DNA from: Anaeromyxobacteraceae bacterium
GTDB lineage: Bacteria > Myxococcota > Myxococcia > Myxococcales > Anaeromyxobacteraceae
Assembly (NCBI GenBank): GCA_047602405.1
Contig: JASGHJ010000002.1
Location: 2,976,001-3,040,000, forward strand
DNA: 64,000 nucleotides
Direction of reading: 5' to 3'
The notes below the pieces were generated by a model that was not told where the DNA came from, did no database searches, and worked only from the letters and a program-made list of their open reading frames with translations. Each line of letters begins with the position of its first letter. Positions within the stretch are counted from its first letter, which is position 1. This document shows, piece by piece, positions 41,346 to 49,077 of the stretch. A program made the translations under genes and the position numbers.

Positions 41346-42301
41346 GGCTGCGCACCCGGCTCATCGTGGTGGTGGCGCTCGCGGCGACGCTGCCGGCGCT
41401 CCTCCTCGGCGGCCTCGTCGGCACCGCGCACGTGCCGGTGAAGGCCGCGACGCTCGTCGCGCTCGCGCTCGCGCTGGGCGTTTCGATCGTCCTCGCCTTC
41501 TGGGTCGCCCGCTCGGTCCTCGCGCCGATGCGCGAGGTCGTGACCGGCGCGCTCGAGATCGCCGGCGGCCGGTTCGGGCGGGAGGTGCCGCTGCGCGGCA
41601 AGGGCGAGCTCGCCGACCTCGCGTACGCGTTCAACCACATGTCGCGCGAGCTCGCGTCCTACGACGCCGAGAACCGCGAGCTCATCGCGAAGCTCGAGCG
41701 CGGCTACCTCGAGACCATCCGCGCGCTCGCCGGCGCGATCGACGCGAAGGACCCGTACACCCGCGGCCACTCCGACCGGGTGGCGGCGCTCTCGGTCGAG
41801 ATCGGCCTCGAGCTCGGGCTCGAGCCCGCGGTGCTGCGCACCCTCGAGATGGGCGGCATCCTCCACGACATCGGCAAGATCGGGATCCCCGACGTCGTCC
41901 TCGGCAAGCCCGGCACCCTCGACCCCGAGGAGACCGAGCTCATGCGCACGCACCCGCGCGTGGGCGCCGAGATCATCCAGGGCGTCGAGTTCCTGAAGCA
42001 CGCCCTCCCCTGCGTCCGGAACCACCACGAACGCTGGGACGGCGGCGGCTACCCGGACGGCCTCGCCCGCACCGACATCCCGCTCGTCGCCCGCATCGTC
42101 AACGCCGCCGACACCTGGGACGCCTGCACCACCGAGCGCCCCTACCAGCGCGCCATGGCGTCCGACGAGGTCTTCGAGATCCTCGCGCGCCTGCGCGGCA
42201 AGCAGATCGATCCCGAAGTCCACGACGCCCTCGTGCGCGTGCTCCGCCGGCGCGAGGACCATCCGACCCCGAGCCCGGCGACGCCGGCCTCGGCGGCGTA
42301 G
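41342..42301 (+). CDS. Membrane HAMP + HD-GYP phosphodiesterase
   Basis: Two TM helices, GELADLAYAFNHM, DAKDPYTRGHS, LHDIGKIG, HHERWDGGGYP. Confidence 0.93.
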   Translation: MRLRTRLIVVVALAATLPALLLGGLVGTAHVPVKAATLVALALALGVSIVLAFWVARSVLAPMREVVTGALEIAGGRFGREVPLRGKGELADLAYAFNHMSRELASYDAENRELIAKLERGYLETIRALAGAIDAKDPYTRGHSDRVAALSVEIGLELGLEPAVLRTLEMGGILHDIGKIGIPDVVLGKPGTLDPEETELMRTHPRVGAEIIQGVEFLKHALPCVRNHHERWDGGGYPDGLARTDIPLVARIVNAADTWDACTTERPYQRAMASDEVFEILARLRGKQIDPEVHDALVRVLRRREDHPTPSPATPASAA

Positions 42302-42303
42302 CG

Positions 42304-42352
42304 TCCCTCGTCTCCGGGCCCGCTTCGCGGGCCCTACGCTCGGGACGAACGG
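42304..42352. repeat. REP-like palindromic repeat, copy 3
   Basis: TCCCTCGTCTCC-GGGCCCGC-ttc-GCGGGCCC-TACGCTCGGGACGAACGG. Confidence 0.85.
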
Positions 42353-42374
42353 AGGGGCCGCGTATACTCAGTGG

Positions 42375-42791
42375 ATGCCCCACCTCGCGTTCGAGCTGAA
42401 CTTCACGCCGTCCGCCCAGGAGAAGCGCGCCTTCGCCGCGGAGGCGGTGCGGATCTTCGCGGAGGTCATGGACACCGGGACCGACCACGTGGCGGTCACG
42501 GTGCGGACGTACGCGCCGGAGGACCTCACGTTCGGGCGCGCGGCGGCGAGCGGCGGGCGGACCGCGTTCCTCGACCTCGACCTGAGGAAGGGGCGCACGC
42601 CCGAGCAGAAACGGCGGCTCTCGCTCGCGTACATCGACGCGCTCGCCTCGCGGTTCGGGGTCGCCCGGGAAGCGGTGTACGTGATCCTGACCGAGCACGA
42701 CGGCCCGGACTTCCAGCTGTCGGATCGGGTGCTCCCGTCCTGGAGCCCGGGCGAGGATCCGCTCCGCGATCCGCCGGCCGACGGGCCCTAG
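42375..42791 (+). CDS. Tautomerase superfamily protein (two beta-alpha-beta units)
   Basis: Pro-1 (MPHL), GRTPEQKRRL, VYVILTE. Confidence 0.85.
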   Translation: MPHLAFELNFTPSAQEKRAFAAEAVRIFAEVMDTGTDHVAVTVRTYAPEDLTFGRAAASGGRTAFLDLDLRKGRTPEQKRRLSLAYIDALASRFGVAREAVYVILTEHDGPDFQLSDRVLPSWSPGEDPLRDPPADGP

Positions 42792-43072
42792 CGCCGCGAC
42801 CGCTCGAGCCTGGCGACCTCGCGGCGCGCCACGAGCAGGCTCGTGCCGTGGATCTCGACGTAGAGCCGGGCCGCGAGCGCGCGCTCGCCGCGGGCGAGCT
42901 GGGCGTCGACGTCGGCCATGCTCGCCTCGCCCTCCGCCGGGAGCACGCCCTGCTCGCGCAGGCGGTCCAGCCGGCGCTCCTCGCGCTTCATCGCCGCCTC
43001 CAGGATCCAGACCGCGACCGCGATGAGCGCGATGCCCACGACGAACCCGATGATCGCTCCGACGAGGCCCAT
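42788..43072 (-). CDS. Small membrane-anchored hypothetical protein (L7/L12 C-terminal-like helical tail)
   Basis: TM helix then GERALAARLYVEIHGTSLLVARREV. Confidence 0.6.
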   Translation of the reverse strand: MGLVGAIIGFVVGIALIAVAVWILEAAMKREERRLDRLREQGVLPAEGEASMADVDAQLARGERALAARLYVEIHGTSLLVARREVARLERSRR

Positions 43073-43233
43073 GCGAACCCGGGAGGACACCACGGGGCCG
43101 CCCGGAAGAAAAGCTCGTTCCGGGAGCCGATGTAGGTGCCCCACAGGGAGGTCCCCGAGCCCTGCTTGAACCGGACTCCTCGTCCCTTCGCGGACTTGCG
43201 CCTTCGCGCCCATCGCGTAGGCTCGGGGGCTGA

Positions 43234-44871
43234 ATGGGGGTCCAACGCACCGCGGCGCTCCTCGCGCTCCTCCTCGCGGCGCCCGTCCGCGGCGACGATC
43301 CCGTCGCGCGCGCGTTCGATCCGGATCCCGTCCGCTCCGCCTTCTCGATCCACGGCGACCTCGCGGTCGAGACCGCCGGCGTCGCCGAGCCCGGCGACTG
43401 GTTCCTCGCCGCCCGGCTGCAGTGGGTCGAGGGGCTCCTCGCGCTGAAGCTCGGGCCGGAGAAGGACCAGCTCCTCTCCTCGCGGCTCCAGCTCTCCCTC
43501 GGCGGCAGCCGCTCGATCGCGCTGCCGCTCGTCGGCCGCGCCGAGGTCGGCGTCGACCTCCCCATCGCGCTCTGGCAGCGCTCCGACTTCTCGCTCCTGC
43601 GCGAGCAGGGCGTGACCGGCGCGCTGCTCGATCCCATCGCGGCGTTCGCCCTGGGCGACCTGCGGCTCGGCGGGAAGGTGCCGGTGCTCCGGGCCGAAGC
43701 GACGCGGCTCGGGCTCGGGATCGCGGCGGTCGCCGAGCTGCGCCTGCCCACGGGCAACAAGCAGGCGTTCACGGGCGACGGGCTCGCCTTCCTGCCGTCG
43801 GCCGTCGCCTCCCGCGCCTTCGGCAAGCTCCGGCTCGACCTGCAGGCCGGCTACCACGCCCGGCCGCAGGGCCAGTACGCGCAGCTGGTGGTTCACGACG
43901 GGTGGACGGGCGGCCTCGGCGCCTCCCTCGCGCTCCCGCCCACCGCGCGCGTGCAGCGCTGGGAGGGGCTCGCCGAGGTGACCGGCTTCTGGCCGCGCGG
44001 CCTCACCGACGCCGGGGCCCGCTACCGCGCGGCGCTCTCCGGCCGCCTCGGCGTGCGCGCGGAGCTCGGGCCGCACACCGACCTCGAGGCCGGCCTCGGC
44101 ACGGGGCTCGGCGGCGCGGGCTACGGCCGCGAATCCTGGCGGGCCTTCGTCGGGCTCCGCTTCCGCCCGCCGCCGCCCGGCTGGACGCCGCCCCCCGCGC
44201 CGACGCCCCCGCCCGCGCCGCCCGCGATGGGCCCGCCGCCCCCGCCGGTCTCGACCCAGGCCGCGCCGGTCGAGGGCTCCGACGACGATCACGACGGCGT
44301 GCTCGTGCCGCTCGACCTCTGCCCGAACGAGCCCGGCACGCTCGAGACCGACGGGTGCCCGGACCGCGACAAGGACGGGATCCCGGATCGCGAGGACAAG
44401 TGCCCCGACGAGCCCGGCCCGGCGGTGAACGACGGCTGCCCGGTCAACGAGGACGAGCCGCTCGTCGAGATCGAGACCCAGAAGCTCACGCTGCGCGACG
44501 CGATCCAGTTCGACTTCGGCAAGGACACCATCAAGCCCGAGTCCGACCGCATCCTGAACCAGATCGCGACCCTCCTCTCGCAGAACCCGGAGGTGAAGCA
44601 CATCCGGGTGGAGGGCCACACCGACAACGTCGGCTCGCGCAGCTACAACGTCGACCTCTCGCAGCGCCGCGCCGCCTCGGTCGTGAAGGCGCTCGTCGCC
44701 CGCGGCGTGAAGCGCGGCGTGCTCTACCCGAAGGGCTTCGGCTTCGACCGGCCGGTCGCCGACAACGCGACCGCGCTCGGGCGCGCGAAGAACCGCCGGG
44801 TCGAGTTCGTGGTCGTCGACGCGTCGTCCCCCGACGCCGCGCCGGCGGACGAGCCGGCCCCGAAGCCTTGA
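43234..44871 (+). CDS. OmpA family protein: beta-barrel + Pro linker + thrombospondin type-3 repeats + OmpA domain (TraB-like architecture)
   Basis: GDLRLGGK; DDDHDGV..DLCP, DRDKDGIPDREDKCP; IQFDFGK, VEGHTD, LSQRRA, NRRVEF. Confidence 0.92.
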   Translation: MGVQRTAALLALLLAAPVRGDDPVARAFDPDPVRSAFSIHGDLAVETAGVAEPGDWFLAARLQWVEGLLALKLGPEKDQLLSSRLQLSLGGSRSIALPLVGRAEVGVDLPIALWQRSDFSLLREQGVTGALLDPIAAFALGDLRLGGKVPVLRAEATRLGLGIAAVAELRLPTGNKQAFTGDGLAFLPSAVASRAFGKLRLDLQAGYHARPQGQYAQLVVHDGWTGGLGASLALPPTARVQRWEGLAEVTGFWPRGLTDAGARYRAALSGRLGVRAELGPHTDLEAGLGTGLGGAGYGRESWRAFVGLRFRPPPPGWTPPPAPTPPPAPPAMGPPPPPVSTQAAPVEGSDDDHDGVLVPLDLCPNEPGTLETDGCPDRDKDGIPDREDKCPDEPGPAVNDGCPVNEDEPLVEIETQKLTLRDAIQFDFGKDTIKPESDRILNQIATLLSQNPEVKHIRVEGHTDNVGSRSYNVDLSQRRAASVVKALVARGVKRGVLYPKGFGFDRPVADNATALGRAKNRRVEFVVVDASSPDAAPADEPAPKP

Positions 44872-44931
44872 AGAAGCTCAGCCTTGAAGAAGCTCAGCCT
44901 TGAAGAAGCTCAGCCTTGAAGAGCCTCAGCC
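44864..44931. repeat. 16-bp tandem repeat AGCCTTGAAGAAGCTC (3 perfect + 1 degenerate copy) at the ompA/HAD junction
   Basis: Perfect copies 44864-44911; AGCCTTGAAGAGCCTC 44912-44927. Confidence 0.92.
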
Positions 44932-44948
44932 GCGAGGAAGCGCCCGCC

Positions 44949-45572
44949 GTGAAGAAGCTCACCGTCTTCGATCTCGACGGCACCCTCGTCGACTCGGCCG
45001 CCGACCTCCACGCGTCGGTGAACCACGCGCTCGCGGCGGTGGGCCTCCCGCTCCGCACGCTCGAGGAGGTCCGCGGGTTCGTGGGCGAGGGCGCGCGACG
45101 CCTGCTCGAGCGCGCGGTCGGCCCCCGCCTCGACCTCCTCGAGCCGGCGCTCGCCGCGTGGGAGGTGCACTACGCCGCGCACATGCTCGACCGGACCCGG
45201 CTCTACCCCGGGCTCGAGGACGAGCTCGCGCGGGCGGGGCGCACGCTCGCCATCCTCACCAACAAGCCGGGGCCGGCCGCCCGGCACATCGTCGAGGGGC
45301 TCGGGCTCGGCCCCCGGTTCGCGGCGGTGGTGGGCGGCGGCGAGGCGCCCCGCAAGCCCGACCCGGCCGGCCTGCTCGCGCTCATCGCGCGGCTGGGCAG
45401 CACGCCCGCGGGGACGGTGTTCGTCGGCGACAGCGTGGTCGACGTGCAGACCGCCAGGAACGCGCGGGTCCCGGTCGTCGCCGTGACGTGGGGCTTCGGC
45501 CGGCGCGAGGACCTCGCCGGCGCCGACGTCCTCGCCGATCGCGCCGCCGAGCTCGCGCCGTTCCTGCGCTGA
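44949..45572 (+). CDS. HAD hydrolase, phosphoglycolate phosphatase-like (alternative start TTG 44916)
   Basis: VFDLDGTLVDS, LTNK, RKPDP, FVGDS..D. Confidence 0.92.
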   Translation: MKKLTVFDLDGTLVDSAADLHASVNHALAAVGLPLRTLEEVRGFVGEGARRLLERAVGPRLDLLEPALAAWEVHYAAHMLDRTRLYPGLEDELARAGRTLAILTNKPGPAARHIVEGLGLGPRFAAVVGGGEAPRKPDPAGLLALIARLGSTPAGTVFVGDSVVDVQTARNARVPVVAVTWGFGRREDLAGADVLADRAAELAPFLR

Positions 45573-45650
45573 GCCGCGGGGCCGGGGCCGCCGCCCCCGC
45601 GCCGGGTCCGGAAAATGGCCCGCCTCCCCCTGGGGTGGTATCGCTCGTCC

Positions 45651-45983
45651 ATGTTCCGGCTCCTCCTGAAGCTCGCGCTCGCCGGCGCCTTCCTCTTCGC
45701 CCTCTGGACCTGGGTCCCGCTCGGAGGCCGCACGCTCGCCCAGCGCTGGCGCGCCGCCGCGACCCCCATGGACTTCGTCCGGGGCGGGCTCGCCGACGCC
45801 GGCGTGGGCGGCGACGCGGCCGAGCACGAGAAGCCGCGGACGTCGCCGCAGGCCCGCGCGGGCGGGAGGTCGCGGGTGGACGCCGCGTCGCGCGAGCGCG
45901 CCCCGGAGCGCGTCACCGAGGCCGAGCGCCGGGCGCTCGATCGCCGGCTCGCCGACGAGCTCGCGCGAGACGGCCAGAAGTAG
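45651..45983 (+). CDS. Small membrane-anchored hypothetical protein
   Basis: MFRLLLKLALAGAFLFALWTWVPLGGRTL...TEAERRALDR. Confidence 0.65.
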   Translation: MFRLLLKLALAGAFLFALWTWVPLGGRTLAQRWRAAATPMDFVRGGLADAGVGGDAAEHEKPRTSPQARAGGRSRVDAASRERAPERVTEAERRALDRRLADELARDGQK

Positions 45984-46085
45984 CGAACACCGTACGGAGC
46001 CGGTCGCCCGCGCGCCTTGCCGGCGGGTGCGAGCCGTCCCCACCCTGTGATCCGGGGCCCGCGCACGCGGGCGGGGGGAGGACGG

Positions 46086-47186
46086 ATGGGGGCGTGGCTC
46101 CACGCGCTCGGGCTCGCGGCCGCGCTGGCGGCACCGCCCGACGCGCCGTTCTGGCGCGAGGCCGTTCCGCAGCCGGCGGCGATGGCGCCGCCCGCGGCGA
46201 CCGCCGGCGGCCTCCCCGAGCTCTCCCGCATCGCCCGGGAGGCGCTGCCCTCCGTGGTCGGCGTCACGACCACCCAGGGCCGCCCGCCCGGCGCCACCGA
46301 CGCGCAGCTCCGCGAGCTCCTCGACCGGCTCCACGACGGGCCGCGCAAGGGGGTCGGCTCGGGCTTCGTCATCCACCCGGACGGCTGGGTCCTCACGAAC
46401 GCGCACGTGGTCGAGGGCGCGGACCGGGTGGAGGTCGACGTCTCCGGCCGCACGCTCGAGGCGCGCGTGGTGGGCCTCGACTCCGAGTCGGACATCGCGC
46501 TCCTCAAGGTCGACCCCGACCGCCCGCTGCCCGCGCTCGTGCTCGCCGACTCCGACCGGCTCGCCATCGCCGACTGGGTGATGGTCATCGGCAGCCCCTT
46601 CGGGCTCGTCCGCTCCGTGACCTTCGGGATCGTGAGCCAGCTCGGGCGCAGCGACGTCTCGCCGGTGGGACGCCCGGGCTCCTACGAGTTCGTGCAGACC
46701 GACGCGTCGATCAACCCGGGCAACTCGGGCGGCCCGGTCCTCAACCTGCGCGGGGAGGTCGTCGCGATCGCGACGGCGGTGAACGCGACCGGCCAGGGCA
46801 TCGGCTTCGCGGTGCCGATCAACATGGCGAAGGCGGTCCTCGGGCAGCTGCGCGCGTCCGGGAAGGTGGTGCGCAGCTGGCTCGGCCTCGCCGTGAAGGC
46901 GCCGGAGCCCGAGGGCGAGGGGCTCGTGGTGACCGAGGTCGACGCCGCGGGCCCCGCCGCGGGCGCGGGGCTCAAGGTCGGCGACGTGATCACCGGCTTC
47001 CAGGGGCGCCCGGTCGCGACGCCGGCGCGGCTGCGCTGGTTCGTGTCGACCGCGGGCGTGGGGCGGGCGATCGAGCTGCGGGTGCGCCGGCCCGGGCAGC
47101 CGGACCGCACCGTGCGGGTCGGGCTCGTCGCGACGCCGTCGGGCGAGGAGGTCCGCGCGCAGGCACGCCAGGCCGCCGGGCCGTGA
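46086..47186 (+). CDS. HtrA/DegP-like trypsin serine protease with PDZ domain
   Basis: GSGF, TNAHVV, SDIALL, QTDASINPGNSGGP. Confidence 0.95.
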   Translation: MGAWLHALGLAAALAAPPDAPFWREAVPQPAAMAPPAATAGGLPELSRIAREALPSVVGVTTTQGRPPGATDAQLRELLDRLHDGPRKGVGSGFVIHPDGWVLTNAHVVEGADRVEVDVSGRTLEARVVGLDSESDIALLKVDPDRPLPALVLADSDRLAIADWVMVIGSPFGLVRSVTFGIVSQLGRSDVSPVGRPGSYEFVQTDASINPGNSGGPVLNLRGEVVAIATAVNATGQGIGFAVPINMAKAVLGQLRASGKVVRSWLGLAVKAPEPEGEGLVVTEVDAAGPAAGAGLKVGDVITGFQGRPVATPARLRWFVSTAGVGRAIELRVRRPGQPDRTVRVGLVATPSGEEVRAQARQAAGP

Positions 47187-47223
47187 GCCGGGGCCGCGCG
47201 CGAGCGCGGGGTGGCGCGGTCCT

Positions 47224-47259
47224 CCGGGGGCGGCCGGCACGCGGCCGCTAGAGCACCGG
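47224..47259 (-). promoter_or_regulatory. Candidate bacterial SECIS element
   Basis: After UGA (47262-47260): 11 nt, then GCGGCCG-CGUGC-CGGCCGC stem-loop with GU in the loop; lower CCGG/CCGG pairing possible. Confidence 0.6.
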
Positions 47260-47743
47260 TCAATTCTCGACGACCGTGCTCCGGAGGAATCGGGTACCCA
47301 CTCGCGAGGCAGTCCGCCTCCGAGCGGAGCGTGTTCGGGGCGTAGTCGCGCGGGACCACCACGTAGTTGAAGAGCCAGAGCGGGCTGTACTTCTCCATGC
47401 CCGGCACCGAGTCGTAGATGTTGTACTGGCCCGGGACGCGCTCCGGCTCGCGCACCGGCTTCCCGTCCGGGCCGAGCTCCACCGCGTACACCACCTGGTA
47501 CTCCATCGCGACCTTGAGCCGCGCGGGATCGACGTCGAGCTCGCCCTGCTCGATCGCGTAGACGATCTTCCCCTCGAACCAGACCCGCTCGACCTCGAGC
47601 CGGTACGGGTTCGAGTAGGTCAGGGTCGAGGTGCCGTCCGCGCGGTAGGCCCCGGCCCGGGGCGCGGGGCCGGGCGTGCCGCCGTCGATCGACCAGACGC
47701 CCTCCTCCTCGCCCGGGGTGACGCCGCCATCGTGCTCGCTCAT
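47248..47743 (-). CDS. Hypothetical protein, candidate selenoprotein (164 aa after correcting +1 frameshift at 47288-47289)
   Basis: ...YDSVPGMEKYSPLWLFNYVVVP...SEADCLASGYPILRSTVVEN-TGA-PVL-TAG. Confidence 0.7.
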
Positions 47744-47799
47744 GGCGGGCAATCTGGCCACCGGCCCGGGCCTTCACCACCCGCGGCGCGCCGGCCCGC

Positions 47800-49077
47800 T
47801 CAGGGGACGAAGTAGAACGACCGGCGGCGGACGAGCGCGGTCGTGACGAAGGCCTCCCCGTCGACGCCGTCGATGCGGGCCTCCACGAACGCGCTCGCCG
47901 CGCCGATGCCGGCCCAGGTCGTGTCGAGGTCGAGGAAGCGGACCTCCGCCGACTCGGTGATGGTGGCGTAGCCCGCGGGCGGCGCCTCGAAGCCGGCGAA
48001 CCAGGTGGTCGTCCCGGGCGACGCGCTCCACTCGAGCCGGAGCGGCCCCGCGGCGCTCACCGTCTCGAACTCGGCGGGCTTCTCGACGGAGAACTCGGCC
48101 GGCATCGTGAAGACCCGCCCGCGGGAGGTGTTCGCGGCGGTGACCGAGACGAGCACCTGCCCGCCGGGGCGGACGAGCGCGGTGTCGGCCTCCGACAGGC
48201 GGAAGGCGCCCCAGCCGGCGTCCCAGGGGATGCGCCGCCCGTTCACGCTCACGACGGCGTCGGGGTACGAGGAGACCGCGAGGCTCGTGACCCGCAGCTC
48301 CACCTGGAGCCGCGTGCCGTCGAGCGCGACGGTCCCGTCGTAGCCGAAGCCGGGGGGGCCGTCGGAGGGGAGCTCGCCGGAGAGGCCGCAGACCGGATCG
48401 AGGAGGAACGTGAGCCAGCCCGCGAGGCAGACGAAGGCGTCGTAGACCGGGCCGCCCTCGGTGAGCGAGAGCCGCACGCGCGTGTCGAGCGGGACGACCG
48501 CGGCGTCGTCGGCGCCCGCCGCCTTCACGAGGTTGAGCCCGGGCGAGAGGCCGGTCCCGGCCGGCTGCGCGCGGTCCACGTAGACGAGCGCGAAGGTCGA
48601 GGCCGGGTCGCCGAGCAGCGAGGACCCGATGATCCGGTCCACCGGCTTCCCGTACCGCGGGATGGGCGCGAGGCGCCGGTCGCCGTCGAGGTCCTGGTAG
48701 GCGAGCAGCACGCCGAACGCGCCGCGCCCGAGGAGCCCCTCGCCGAGCGGCGCGAGGGCGGCCGCGGGCGGCGGGCCGTAGAGCGGGAAGCGGAAGTCGA
48801 CCGGGAAGGTGCCCTCGGCCTCGACCTCCTCGGTGACGATCGCCGGGGGCGCGTCCGCCGCGGACGGATCCGCCGCGGCGAGCCACTGCGGGTACCAGGC
48901 GACCGCGAGGCGCACGGGCCCCTTCACGTCCACGCCGGGCGCCGGGACCATGCTGCCCGAGAGCGCGCCGAGCGGGACGCCGCGGTAGCTCGCGTCGACC
49001 AGCCGGTCGCCGCAGGCCGGGAGGAGGACGGCGAGCGCGAGGGCCAGGGTGAGGGGGTGGGACGCGCGGTTCTTCAT
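47800..49077 (-). CDS. Hypothetical lipoprotein, last gene of the ECF/caspase operon
   Basis: Lipobox LLPAC; YQDLDGD Ca-binding-like loop; starts immediately after the caspase stop. Confidence 0.8.
   Translation of the reverse strand: MKNRASHPLTLALALAVLLPACGDRLVDASYRGVPLGALSGSMVPAPGVDVKGPVRLAVAWYPQWLAAADPSAADAPPAIVTEEVEAEGTFPVDFRFPLYGPPPAAALAPLGEGLLGRGAFGVLLAYQDLDGDRRLAPIPRYGKPVDRIIGSSLLGDPASTFALVYVDRAQPAGTGLSPGLNLVKAAGADDAAVVPLDTRVRLSLTEGGPVYDAFVCLAGWLTFLLDPVCGLSGELPSDGPPGFGYDGTVALDGTRLQVELRVTSLAVSSYPDAVVSVNGRRIPWDAGWGAFRLSEADTALVRPGGQVLVSVTAANTSRGRVFTMPAEFSVEKPAEFETVSAAGPLRLEWSASPGTTTWFAGFEAPPAGYATITESAEVRFLDLDTTWAGIGAASAFVEARIDGVDGEAFVTTALVRRRSFYFVP

Noticed and set aside
44864..44931. 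Possible CRISPR array
   Set aside because: Units are contiguous 16-mers without spacers, and there are no cas genes.
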